From the NCBI GenBank assembly GCA_030754595.1, contig JASLZZ010000084.1, positions 1 through 64,000 of the forward strand: a stretch of 64,000 nucleotides of DNA, written 5' to 3'. Made by a program: the position numbers and the translations under genes. Below the pieces are notes generated by a model that did no database searches, had not been told where the DNA came from, and worked only from the letters and a program-made list of their open reading frames with translations. This DNA is from Nitrospinota bacterium. Its GTDB lineage: Bacteria > UBA8248. Positions 10,313 to 20,114 of this stretch are shown in pieces. How positions within the stretch are numbered: the stretch's first letter is position 1; every line of letters starts with the position of its first letter.

Positions 10313-11308
10313 ATGCGGGAAGAAAAAGTGGGTCTGGGAGTCATCGGTGTCGGAAGGTGGGCAGGCATGCTCGCGGGAGCGGTGGATCGCGGCGGCGAGG
10401 CCAGAATCGTCTCCGGGTTTTCGCGGACCAAGGAGACCAGAAAAGCGTTTGAAAAGGATGTGGGTTGCAGGTCGGCCGCAAGTCTCGACGAGCTTCTGAG
10501 TGACGGCGAGGTGGAAGGGGTAATCGTTGCGACGCCCCATTCCACCCATGACGACGTTATTGTTCAGGCCGCCTTGGCCGGAAAACACGTTTTTGTCGAA
10601 AAGCCGTTCACGCTCACCGTGGCCGGCGGAAAGCGCGCGGCGGAAGCGGCCGGGAAAGCCGGCGTCGTTTTGCAGGTGGGCCACCACCGCCGCCGCATGG
10701 GCGCCACCCGGCGCCTCCGCGAGATGATCGATAATAACGAGTTGGGAATGATCCACCAGCTTGAGGCGAATATCGCCAATGCGAATGGCCAGGTTCCGCG
10801 GCAGGGTTGGCGAAACGATCGGGAGGAATGCCCGGTGGGCGGGATGGCCGCCCTCGGGGTTCACAAGCTGGATAATTTTCACTACCTCGCGGGTCCAATC
10901 AAGCGTGTGTTCGCATTCAGCAAAAAGCTTTTCGCGGGTGGAAATCTCGATGACGTTTCGGTCATCGGAATGGAATTCGAAAGCGGCCCTCTAGGGTATC
11001 TTCAGACAAGTATCGTGATTCCTCCGATCATCACGACCGCGGTTTACGGCACCGATGGAAACGCCTGGAGCGAAGAAGACGGGGCAAAGCTATTTCTCCA
11101 GAAAAAAGGAGAAGGATCGCGGAGCGAAATTTCCGTGGAGCAGGGCGATGCTTTGGCGGACGAACTGTTGGAGTTCGCACGGTGCATCCGAGGCAGCGGC
11201 AAGCCCGAAACCGGAGGAGCCGAAGGGTTGGAGGTTGTGGCGGTCCTGGAGGCGATTATTGAGAGCATCAACACCGGAAGGGCGGTGGATGTGTCTGATT
11301 TTCGGTAG
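10313..11308 (+). CDS. Gfo/Idh/MocA-family oxidoreductase
   Basis: GVIGVGRW, ATPHSTH, GKHVFVEKP, GVHKLD. Confidence 0.9.
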   Translation: MREEKVGLGVIGVGRWAGMLAGAVDRGGEARIVSGFSRTKETRKAFEKDVGCRSAASLDELLSDGEVEGVIVATPHSTHDDVIVQAALAGKHVFVEKPFTLTVAGGKRAAEAAGKAGVVLQVGHHRRRMGATRRLREMIDNNELGMIHQLEANIANANGQVPRQGWRNDREECPVGGMAALGVHKLDNFHYLAGPIKRVFAFSKKLFAGGNLDDVSVIGMEFESGPLGYLQTSIVIPPIITTAVYGTDGNAWSEEDGAKLFLQKKGEGSRSEISVEQGDALADELLEFARCIRGSGKPETGGAEGLEVVAVLEAIIESINTGRAVDVSDFR

Positions 11309-11370
11309 CGGCTGATCTTCGAAAGCTTGAAAAAAAAGAAAGATTATTATCTTGAATTCCGCAGGGAATA

Positions 11371-11401
11371 AGGGCTCCGGCTGTTTGCCGGGGCTTTTTT
11401 T
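11371..11401 (+). terminator. Rho-independent terminator
   Basis: Stem GCTCCGGC/GCCGGGGC (one G-U pair), 5-nt loop, T-run, just after the Gfo gene. Confidence 0.7.
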
Positions 11402-11760
11402 CGTTTTGTTTGCCCCGATTGTTGATTGGGTTTGCCGGGAGGGGGGGGTGAATCTTGCGGTTTTGAATGGCCGTGGTCAGAGAGACAAGACAATTGTTAT
11501 TTTGCGGAAAATGCCGAGACAGCGGCAAGATATTTTTTGAAAGGAAATGGGTGAAAAAAAGTACGTAAGATCTTGAAAGACAACGAGTTACCTCATTTGC
11601 ACATCAGGCGGATGGATGAATTATTCATAAAAAAATCCACCATGGAGAATTTACCAAAATCTGTCACTATCCTAACAATCCTATGACAAATTAATCCGCT
11701 GAATCCCCAATATTTTCTTTTGTAATAGAGGATTCCCTACAGGGAATTCCTGGCCCATAT

Positions 11761-11952
11761 GGCCACGCCTCCGCCGTCATCGCTCTGGCGCATGACATGA
11801 AATTTGAGGTTATCGCCGAAGGTGTCGAAACCGAAGAGCAACTTCGCTTCCTCAATGAGCGCGGCTGCCACGCCATGCAGGGGTATTTCGTTTCAAAGCC
11901 GCTTCCCGCGAAGAGTTTCATGGAATGGCTCGCGGTGAATAACCCCAACTGA
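11761..11952 (+). pseudogene. C-terminal remnant of an EAL-domain phosphodiesterase
   Basis: Not in the ORF track; reads AVIALAHDMKFEVIAEGVETEEQLRFLNERGCHAMQGYFVSKPLPA; the upstream frame is closed by TAA near 11692. Confidence 0.85.
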
Positions 11953-12060
11953 ATTAACCCGTCTCGGTGTCCTGGGTCTTTGCCATCACAGCCGGAATCC
12001 TGAAGAGCTTTAAGCCCTCAAACTAATAATTTCCGCCGCCACTTATCGTGAATGGGCTGG

Positions 12061-13275
12061 TCAAAGGCTTAACGCCGCCCTGCTCACTGTAATTTCGGTC
12101 TCTCCGAGCAGCTCGGAAGTGGTGGGCTTTCCGCCCAGAACGTCAATCAACTCTTTATTGAGACGCTCCTCGGCCTCCTTGTAGCTGAGTCCCTTCTCGA
12201 TCACATCACAGAGGTTGACGTCGATATTCTCGGGCATGAGAGCCGCTGTCCTAGGGTTTCCCGTCACCTTGATCGTCGGCGAGATCGGATGGCCAATCGG
12301 ATTTCCGATTCCGGTGGAGAATATTATCGCCTGGGCTCCGCTCGCGGAAAGTGTGGTGATGTTCTCGACCCCGCCGCAGGGCGCGTCGGCAAAGACCGTG
12401 CCCGCCTTGGTGGGCCGCTCGCCCACCCCGACGACCTCGACAATAGGGCCGTTTCCGGCTTTCTTGATGGCGCCCAGGCTTTTTTCCTCGATGGAGGAGA
12501 GGCCGCCCGCGATATTGTCGGCCGTGGGGTTGCTTCCGATGAGATCGACGCCGAGTTCCTCGGTGTACTCGAGGGAGCGGCGAACGCCCGCGAGGATCCT
12601 CCGTTTCGTTTTAGCGTCCGCCGCTTTCCGGGCGAGAAGATGCTCGGCCCCGACGATTTCGAGAGTTTCGGAAAAAATCACGGTTCCGCCCGCGTTCACT
12701 ACCCGGTCCGCGACCAAGCCGGTGACCGGATTCGAGACCAGACCGCAAGTGGTGTCCGAGCCGCCGCACTCCGCGCCGAGAATCAGTTCGTCCAGGCCGC
12801 AGCGCTCCCGGCGGGATGCGGAGAGATGCGCGGCCACTTTTCCGGCGAGTTCGAGTGCGCGCGAGGTGGATTTCAGGGTGCCGCCCACCTCGTGAATCGT
12901 GACGACTTCGATGGGCATCCAGGGCGAGGCCTTGGCCGCGGCCTCTGCGATGGCTCCGGCGGTGATGGGCTCGAGGCCGACGATAATGGCCGCGCCCACG
13001 TTCGGATGGCCGGCCAGGTGGCCCATGACGCGGAAATGCTGTGCCTCGTCCTCGCCCATGAGCGCTCGGCCGAACGATGTGTTTACCGCGATCAGGTCGC
13101 TCCTGAGCGAGCAGATTCGCCTGACGAGGGGATTGGTGTTGTCCATCGCGCTGACGACGGCGAGATGGTTCCGCGCGCCAGGGCCGCCCGAGGGGCGGCG
13201 ATAGCCGAGAAAGCTGTCCCCTGATTTTGATTTTAACACGGAGCGCTTTTTTCGGGGCGGAGCGGATTTGGCCAC
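12061..13275 (-). CDS. UxaA/GarD-family dehydratase large subunit (SuyB-like)
   Basis: GYRRPSG.G.RNH, HPNVG, ECGGSD, N.AGGLSSIEEKSLG, FSTGIGNPIG. Confidence 0.85.
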   Translation of the reverse strand: MAKSAPPRKKRSVLKSKSGDSFLGYRRPSGGPGARNHLAVVSAMDNTNPLVRRICSLRSDLIAVNTSFGRALMGEDEAQHFRVMGHLAGHPNVGAAIIVGLEPITAGAIAEAAAKASPWMPIEVVTIHEVGGTLKSTSRALELAGKVAAHLSASRRERCGLDELILGAECGGSDTTCGLVSNPVTGLVADRVVNAGGTVIFSETLEIVGAEHLLARKAADAKTKRRILAGVRRSLEYTEELGVDLIGSNPTADNIAGGLSSIEEKSLGAIKKAGNGPIVEVVGVGERPTKAGTVFADAPCGGVENITTLSASGAQAIIFSTGIGNPIGHPISPTIKVTGNPRTAALMPENIDVNLCDVIEKGLSYKEAEERLNKELIDVLGGKPTTSELLGETEITVSRAALSL

Positions 13276-13278
13276 GGG

Positions 13279-13551
13279 CTACCTTCTCGAGCTTTTGAGG
13301 TTGTGCACATGAACGTGCGTGCCGGCTTTGATGGCGCGAGTGGCGATGCCGATGGTCTCGCCGTACTTGAGGATTTTCCTACTCGATGGAATCGGGGCAA
13401 GGGCGATCTTGTGGCCGAAGGGAACGGCCTCGGCGGCCTCGATGCGGAGAGAGTCTCCGCCGCCCTCTATATCGACATCATCGCCAGGCTCGACGTCCAT
13501 CAGGACGGTGGCGACGTTGTCTTTTTTGTCCATGCGAATGGCGCGGGCCAT
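13279..13551 (-). CDS. UxaA-family SAF-domain small subunit (SuyA-like)
   Basis: DNVATV, VPFGHKIAL, KYGETIG, GTHVHVHN. Confidence 0.9.
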   Translation of the reverse strand: MARAIRMDKKDNVATVLMDVEPGDDVDIEGGGDSLRIEAAEAVPFGHKIALAPIPSSRKILKYGETIGIATRAIKAGTHVHVHNLKSSRR

Positions 13552-13668
13552 GCCTGAACTCCTTTTGTCGGGGGTGATTCGGCGTCCATATTACCTTGGG
13601 CCGCGCTCGCTATCAACATCGAAAGCCGGCCTCCCCAGCCTTGCACGCCTATGGTATTTTAGCGGGAT

Positions 13669-14223
13669 ATGAACTCGATCAATGGCTCCGAAAGTGCAAA
13701 CGGCTGGCCGGCGGACATTCACCGCGTGTTCCGGTCGGCGGGTATCCGGCAGGTCGGGTATGTTCCCGATTCCGGCCACGCTGAGTTGATCCGTCTGTGC
13801 ACTTCAGACCCGGATATCGCCGCCGTCCCCCTGACGAGCGAGGAGGAAGGAGTGGGCCTGGTGGCTGGCGCCTGGCTCGGGGGGCAGCGGGGAGCGATCC
13901 TCATGCAGAGCAGCGGGGTGGGCAACTGCATGAATATGTTCACCCTGGCGTCCAACTGCCGCTTTCCTGTGCTCCTGCTCGTCACCATGCGCGGGGAGTG
14001 GGAGGAGTTCAATCCCTGGCAGATTCCCATGGGACGCTCGGCGGGCCCGATGATTGAATTGGCCGGGGGCACCGTCTACCGGGCGGAGGACGCAGCCTCG
14101 GCCGGCCCGATGGTCGAGGCTGCCGCGGGCCTCGCCTTCAACACCTCGGGCCTCGTCGCGGTGGCGCTGGCGCAAAAATTAATCGGCGCGAAGGCTTTTG
14201 GGCGGACGACAGGTGAAGAGTAA
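13669..14223 (+). CDS. Sulfopyruvate/phosphonopyruvate decarboxylase alpha subunit (ComD-like)
   Basis: YVPDSGH, EEEGVG..AGAWLGG, LMQSSGVGN, NPWQIPMG. Confidence 0.85.
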   Translation: MNSINGSESANGWPADIHRVFRSAGIRQVGYVPDSGHAELIRLCTSDPDIAAVPLTSEEEGVGLVAGAWLGGQRGAILMQSSGVGNCMNMFTLASNCRFPVLLLVTMRGEWEEFNPWQIPMGRSAGPMIELAGGTVYRAEDAASAGPMVEAAAGLAFNTSGLVAVALAQKLIGAKAFGRTTGEE

Positions 14224-14812
14224 CGGCGGCCGCATTGAAAGATGTCTTGCCGTCCGGGAGTTGCTCGCCGGCCGGGGGGACGAACTCGCCGTCATCGGAC
14301 TGGGTTCGCCGGTGTGGGATTGTACGGCGGTGGAGGATCATACCCTGAATTTCCCCCTCTGGGGTGCGATGGGAAGCGCCGCGATGATCGGACTCGGGCT
14401 GGCGCTGGCCCAGCCGGAGCGGCGCGTTCTCGTCATCACCGGGGACGGCGAATTGTTGATGGGTCTGGGCGCCTTGCCCACCATAGCCGCCCAAAAACCG
14501 AAAAATCTGGCGATAGCCGTTCTCGATAATGAGATTTATGGCGAAACGGGAGGGCAGCCCACCCACACCTCGTTCGGTGTCTCGCTGTCGATGATGGCCA
14601 AGGGCGCGGGTTTCTCGGACGCCCTCACCGCCGCCGACGACGAAGACCTGTCCCGGGCGGTCCAGATGGTGCGCTTCGGGCGAGGGCCCGTTTTGGTCGA
14701 CATCAAGGTGACCCAGGACGCATCGCCGCTCGTGATGCCGCCCCGCGAAGGGACGGCGCTCAAGAACCGGTTCAGGAAGGCGCTGCTCGGTCAGGATGCC
14801 TTGAAGGAATAA
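14213..14812 (+). CDS. Sulfopyruvate/phosphonopyruvate decarboxylase beta subunit (ComE-like)
   Basis: GAMG...GLGLALAQP, GDGELLM, DNEIYGETGGQ; GTG start overlaps the upstream gene. Confidence 0.85.
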   Translation: MKSNGGRIERCLAVRELLAGRGDELAVIGLGSPVWDCTAVEDHTLNFPLWGAMGSAAMIGLGLALAQPERRVLVITGDGELLMGLGALPTIAAQKPKNLAIAVLDNEIYGETGGQPTHTSFGVSLSMMAKGAGFSDALTAADDEDLSRAVQMVRFGRGPVLVDIKVTQDASPLVMPPREGTALKNRFRKALLGQDALKE

Positions 14813-14873
14813 TTCTCCGGATGGACGCCTGAAAAAACCGCGGTCCGTCCGAGACGGATGCGGCGGAGCGACC

Positions 14874-15747
14874 ATGATTAATCCGAAAATGCAGTACGAA
14901 GAAAAGAAAGTCGAGGTATTGGGCAAGAAAATGACCTACGTGGATACGGGCGAGGGGGACCCGCTCGTATTTTTCCACGGGAACATCACATCCTCTTTCA
15001 TGTACCGCAATTTCATGCCCCACCTGGAATCTTTCGCGCGGTGCATCGCCGTGGACAACATCGGACAAGGAGACTCGGATAAACTGGAAGGCTCGATGTA
15101 CCGCCTCAAGGACCACCAAAAATATATCGACGGCTTCATGGAGGCGATGAGTTTAGAGGAAAACGTCACCATCATGGTGCACGACTGGGGGGCGCAGCTC
15201 GGCTTCACCTGGGCGAACAGGAACCGGGAGGCGATGAAGGGGATCGCCCAAATGCAGGGCGTCATCGGAAATTTTGTGTGGAGTAACTGGCCCGAGAAGG
15301 TCCAGATCCTCTTCAAGCGGTTTCGCTCGCCCGAGGGGGAGGAGCTGGTGATGGGGGAAAACTATTTCGCGGAAAATATTCTTCCCGCGATGACTCTCCG
15401 GGACCTTACAGAGGAGGAGATGAACGAGCACCGGAGGCCCTATAAAAACCCCGGCGAAGACCGCAGGCCGACGTTAACCTGGCCAAGGGAGAATTCCCAT
15501 CGAAGGCTATCCCTCCGATGTGCTCAGGGTCATCGAGGAGAACAATGCCTGGCTGAGCGAGAGCCTGCTGCCCAAGTTTTTCATCAATTCGGAACCGGGC
15601 GCGGTTCTCGTCGGCGAACACTGCGAAATGGTGCGAAGCTGGCCGAACTTCACCGAAACGACCGTCCGAGGGCTCCACTACATCCACGAGGACTCACCCG
15701 GCGATATCGGCCGCGCCCTGGCGGACTGGTACAGGTTGCTCGGTTGA
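14874..15747 (+). pseudogene. Haloalkane dehalogenase (LinB/DhaA-like), frameshifted
   Basis: HGN.TSS, HDWG, RRPTLTWPRE; removing one A at 15492-15493 restores IPIEG...GLHYIHEDSP and a 290-aa protein. Confidence 0.85.
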
Positions 15748-15755
15748 CTCTCGGT

Positions 15756-16520
15756 CTAAACCGCGGTCGCCCCGCCGTCGCTGGTGACGATTGCGCCGTT
15801 CATGAAGTCGTTTTCATCGGACACCAAGAAAATAGCGATGCCGGCCATCTCCTCGGAGGAGGCGAAGCGTTTCACCGATATGTTCACCAGCTTCGAATCC
15901 GCGTAGCCGGGCCGGCTGTCGTGAATCTTCTTGACCCGATCGGTCTCGGTTGTGCCGGGAGCGAGGCAGTTCACCCGGATGCCGTGCGGCCCAAGCTCGG
16001 TGGCGAGGGCGCGCGTCATGTTGTGGTTTGCAGCCTTGGTGGTGCAGTAGAGGGCGTTGTTCTCGATCCCGATCATGGCGTGAATCGAACCGATGATGAG
16101 GATTCGCCCGCTTTTTTGGGCCTTCATGATCTTGGCGGCTTCGATAGATGCGCGGAAGGGAGATTTCGCATTGACCTCGAAAAGAAAATCCACATCATCG
16201 GCCGAGAAGTCGGTCATGGGCTTGTGGTTCCGGGCGCCGGCGCAGCTGACGAAAATATCGAGCCCACCGAGAAAATCCCCCCCCTCCCTGATGACGGCCG
16301 CCGCGTTGTTCGAGTCCGAGAGGTCGTAGCATTTCCCCCCGGCATTGACGCCCTCGGCGGTGCAGGCGTCCAGGGTGGCCTTGAGCCCTTCGGCGTTACT
16401 CCCCCCGGCCGTCCAGACCGAGGCGCCCTCGGCGGCGAACCGCTTGGCGATGGCGGCCCCGATGCCCGATGAGGCCCCGGTGACGATGGCGCGTTTTCCT
16501 TCGATTCTCTTGCTCGGCAT
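15756..16520 (-). CDS. Short-chain dehydrogenase/reductase
   Basis: TGASSGIG, YCTTK, IRVNCLAPG, DGG. Confidence 0.92.
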   Translation of the reverse strand: MPSKRIEGKRAIVTGASSGIGAAIAKRFAAEGASVWTAGGSNAEGLKATLDACTAEGVNAGGKCYDLSDSNNAAAVIREGGDFLGGLDIFVSCAGARNHKPMTDFSADDVDFLFEVNAKSPFRASIEAAKIMKAQKSGRILIIGSIHAMIGIENNALYCTTKAANHNMTRALATELGPHGIRVNCLAPGTTETDRVKKIHDSRPGYADSKLVNISVKRFASSEEMAGIAIFLVSDENDFMNGAIVTSDGGATAV

Positions 16521-16561
16521 GATTTTTCCTCGTATGGGTAAATGAAATTTTTTTTTTCGGG

Positions 16562-17593
16562 TTATTGTGCGGTCAATGCCTGAAGATCGTACTCGGAGTC
16601 GGGCACTAGCAGAGGGACGGGTTCACCCTTCAGAAAGCAAAGCAGATTTTCGGCGGCCTGGATCTCCATCCGAAGACGCGAGGAGCGCGAACTCGCCCCC
16701 ATGTGGCAGGTGAGAATGCAATTCTCGATTTGCGTCAGCTCGCCTTCGTAGGGCTCGCGCTCGAATACATCGAGCGCCGCGCCGCCCAACCGGCCAGACC
16801 GCAGGGCCTCGGCCAGCGCTCCCTCGTCGATCAGGCCGCCCCGCGCCGTGTTGATGAGAACAGCGTCCGGTTTCATTGTCGCCAACGCCTCGCGGCTGAC
16901 CACGTTCCTTGTCAGCGGAGTGACCGGAACATGAAGGCAGACAACGTCGGCCTCCCTGAACAGGCGCTCTTTTTCAATCCACTCGATACCGAGTTCCTCT
17001 CCGATGGCTTCGTCGGGCACCAGGTCGTTGGCGATAATTTTTGCGCCGAAGGCGGCGAGGTGCCCCGCCACGAGCTTGCCGATTCGGCCGACCCCGATGA
17101 TCCCGACGGTGAGTTCGTCGAGCGAGCGACCCATGACGCGGACCCAGGCCCCGTCGCGGAGAGAGGTGTCCGATTCCTTGACTCCCCTGATGAGGGAGAG
17201 TACGTGGCCCACGGTCAGTTCCGTTACCGCCACGGCATTGGCGCCGGCGACGTAGGAGACGGGGATCCCCCGTTGGCGCGCGACCAGAAGGTCCACGCTG
17301 TCCAGCCCCACCGAGCACCGCGAGATGAACCTCAATTCAGGCGCGCAATCCATCACCGCGGCCGAGATCGGCTCGGCGCCGCCGATGATTGAATCGCACC
17401 CGGTAATGAGCTCTTTCATGTCCGTTTCATTGAGAAGTCGCCCATGCGGGTTGAAAACGCACTCCACCCCGGACTCCTCGAGCATCCGAACCGGGAACGG
17501 GTCGATTTGGCCGAAACGCTCGGGCGAAATCAGCGTGCGTGTGATCGGCTGATCGGGTCCCGGCGCCGAAACATTCTGATCGTTCATGCACAT
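16562..17593 (-). CDS. D-isomer-specific 2-hydroxyacid dehydrogenase (SerA-like catalytic core)
   Basis: GIIGVGRIG, LHVP, INTARGGLIDE, ALDVFEREP, HMG. Confidence 0.9.
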   Translation of the reverse strand: MCMNDQNVSAPGPDQPITRTLISPERFGQIDPFPVRMLEESGVECVFNPHGRLLNETDMKELITGCDSIIGGAEPISAAVMDCAPELRFISRCSVGLDSVDLLVARQRGIPVSYVAGANAVAVTELTVGHVLSLIRGVKESDTSLRDGAWVRVMGRSLDELTVGIIGVGRIGKLVAGHLAAFGAKIIANDLVPDEAIGEELGIEWIEKERLFREADVVCLHVPVTPLTRNVVSREALATMKPDAVLINTARGGLIDEGALAEALRSGRLGGAALDVFEREPYEGELTQIENCILTCHMGASSRSSRLRMEIQAAENLLCFLKGEPVPLLVPDSEYDLQALTAQ

Positions 17594-17830
17594 TTCTCCG
17601 CTGAGTAACCCCGGCGAAAAATAGGCCGCGGCGTAGACGAACCGAATGAACAGGGGCCTTAAGCTATCGAAAGGGAAGGAATTCTGTCAAGAAGATGAGA
17701 GGGAAATTGCGGTGGCCTCGGGGTCATTCCCTGGAATCCGGGGTGGTCACATGCCGTTTCGGCGCCCGCCCGGTCATTTTCTGAAATTAGGGGGCGGGCG
17801 CACCGTTTATCGATGGAGGTTGAATTCCAG

Positions 17831-18130
17831 CTAGGCGGCCTGTGGCAGCTTTTCCTTCGTCTTTCTCCAGTGCGTTTCGAAACATTTGGCCGTCCGGCTT
17901 TTTTCCTCGAAGGCGAAGTGTTTCAGGGCGAAGAAAAAGAATATCAGGCACCAAAGAGGCAGCCACCAAAACGGCTTGCTGGATTGCATTTCGAAAATAA
18001 AGTTCATGCCGGAGGCTGCCACCCACCCCATCAGGCCCGCCGGAAGGGCGATAAACCCCGTGGAAGCAAGTGCGGCGGCGAATATTCTGGTTCTGGGTGA
18101 AACTCCGAAATCTCCGCGTAAACTGAACAT
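17831..18130 (-). CDS. Hypothetical small membrane protein
   Basis: 99-aa ORF with two hydrophobic segments filling an otherwise empty gap; no recognised family. Confidence 0.4.
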   Translation of the reverse strand: MFSLRGDFGVSPRTRIFAAALASTGFIALPAGLMGWVAASGMNFIFEMQSSKPFWWLPLWCLIFFFFALKHFAFEEKSRTAKCFETHWRKTKEKLPQAA

Positions 18131-18485
18131 GGTGTTTTTACCCCAATTTCTTTTGGCTCATCCTTGAGCTTGCTGCCACAGGGGCGGTGACTTAATCACC
18201 GAGGTCTTTTTTGTCGTTCCACCGGCATCCTTGCCGGCCTATTACTAATATCGGCCTCAGCGGATAAAGGGAGAGTTCGTGGGAAAGAGATACGTGGTCC
18301 AGTTCACTAAAAATCTTGTTAAAGGGCACTAAGTGTCCGTTTGTGAACGTTTTATGCCGATTAACCGGGAGATTCGGGTTGAGAGGGGCCAGTGGAGGGC
18401 GGGTGAAATGGCCCGGTCCGCTCCTTTCCTTTACAATGAGGACATCTGATCAGCCCTGCTTTTCATGACCCCAAAGGAGAAATTC

Positions 18486-18719
18486 ATGGGTGAGGGAGAT
18501 TTTCGGGGGGACGCCGGCCGTCTCGAATCCGAAATCGAGGAGATGGCCCACATCGTATACGGCCTCCCCAAAAACGAGCAGTCTAAGTCGGTCGCCAGGC
18601 AAACAGCGTCTCTTCTTCTCACGCTCTCCGGCGTTAGATTCGAGAAGGAAGAAGAGCCCATTCTTCCCCGGCCGCCTGAGTCGGGTGCATCCGGGCCGGG
18701 AGGGCGCGGCGATGGCTGA
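18486..18719 (+). CDS. Small protein upstream of the amidase (possible AtzG/GatC-like partner)
   Basis: AAGGAG RBS before ATG 18486; 77 aa with EEEP near the C-terminus; stop overlaps the amidase start. Confidence 0.55.
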   Translation: MGEGDFRGDAGRLESEIEEMAHIVYGLPKNEQSKSVARQTASLLLTLSGVRFEKEEEPILPRPPESGASGPGGRGDG

Positions 18720-20076
18720 GCACTGGAGATTGACGCTGAGCGAGGGACTGGCCCGAATCGCGGACGGCGCCCTCACGTCGGCGGAATGGACCCGATCGCT
18801 TCTCGAACGAATAGACGGTTGCGAGGGGTGCGTGAAGGCCTGGGCGCAGGTTGATCGGGGGGGAGCCGTCGCCGCTGCCGAGGAAGCCGACCGCGCACGC
18901 GCCGCCGGCGAAGCGCAGGGGTCCTTCGCGGGAGCCGCCTTCGGCGCCAAGGATATATTTGACATCAAGGGGCTCCGGCGGGAGGCGGGCTCACCCATTT
19001 ACACCGGCTATGTCCCAGAGGATGACGCCGCCTGCGTCGCTCGGCTCCGGGAGGCGGGAGCCATTCCTCTGGGAAAGACGGTGACCACCCAGTTCGCGAA
19101 TGGCGACCCGTCGATCACCCGGAATCCCTGGAGTCTGGAACGGAGCCCGGGTGGATCGAGCAGCGGCTCCGCGGCCGCCGTGGCCGCTGGAATGGTGCCC
19201 GCCGCTCTGGGCAGTCAGACGACCGGCTCGACGCTGCGGCCCGCGGCTTTTTGCGGCGTAGAGGCACTGAAGCCCACCTACGGGCGCATTCCCCGGACCG
19301 GAGTCGTCAAGGTGTCTTGGACCTTCGACCACGTGGGCCTCATCGCCCGCTCTATCGAGGATATCGCCCGGCTCCTCGAGGTCATGTCCGGCCCGGACCC
19401 CGGCGATCACGGGGCCCCCGATGCGGAGGTTGAGGCTTACACCGATGCGTCCGCCCCCTGGCGGCCCGGGCGCGCGCTTTTTTTGAGGGAGGATTTTCTC
19501 CCCCGCTCGAGCGGGGAGGTGGCGGATCATATCTTGAGGGCGGTGGCGCGGCTCGAGGAAAACGGGGTGAAGGTCGATGAGGGGAGGCTGCCCTGCGATT
19601 TCGATGAAATCCACGCCGCGCACTTCGTGGCCCGGTGCGTCGATTCGGCCACCTATCACGAGGACATGTTCATCGAAAACGCGGACGACTATGCCCCCGC
19701 ATGCCGGACCACGGTGACGACGGGGCTCATGGTGCCCGCCGTTCACTACCTCAAGGCGCTGCGTCTGCGCGCGAGGTTCACCGAGAAAATGGACGATATT
19801 TTCGAGCGCTACGATATCGTGATCATGCCGACCCAGGTCGAGGCCCCGCCGCCAAGGGAGGAGTCCACGGGGAACCCGATTTTCAACGAACAACTCACCT
19901 TCTCGGGCCATCCCGCGGTTACCCTGCCCGTCGGGCGCGGGGAGGAGAATATTCCCATCGGAATCCAATTCGGTGGGCGCCGGTTCGGCGAGAGAGGATT
20001 ACTCTCGGCCGCACGGTGGTGCGAGGAGGAGCTTGGTTGGAGGCCCGAGATCGCCGAGCCCGCCGGGCTTGGGTAG
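18712..20076 (+). CDS. Amidase-signature family enzyme
   Basis: KDIFD, GKTVT, TRNPW, PGGSSSGSAAAVAAG, GSQTTGS..RPAAFCG, KPTYG. Confidence 0.92.
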   Translation: MAEHWRLTLSEGLARIADGALTSAEWTRSLLERIDGCEGCVKAWAQVDRGGAVAAAEEADRARAAGEAQGSFAGAAFGAKDIFDIKGLRREAGSPIYTGYVPEDDAACVARLREAGAIPLGKTVTTQFANGDPSITRNPWSLERSPGGSSSGSAAAVAAGMVPAALGSQTTGSTLRPAAFCGVEALKPTYGRIPRTGVVKVSWTFDHVGLIARSIEDIARLLEVMSGPDPGDHGAPDAEVEAYTDASAPWRPGRALFLREDFLPRSSGEVADHILRAVARLEENGVKVDEGRLPCDFDEIHAAHFVARCVDSATYHEDMFIENADDYAPACRTTVTTGLMVPAVHYLKALRLRARFTEKMDDIFERYDIVIMPTQVEAPPPREESTGNPIFNEQLTFSGHPAVTLPVGRGEENIPIGIQFGGRRFGERGLLSAARWCEEELGWRPEIAEPAGLG

Positions 20077-20114
20077 CCCACCGGGCTTCGGTGGCCATGA
20101 CAGGCGAGGGTATC

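Noticed and set aside
14874..16472. 532-aa ORF resembling a dehalogenase fusion
   Set aside because: Artefact of the frameshift at about 15492; the tail is out-of-frame sequence and antisense to the SDR gene
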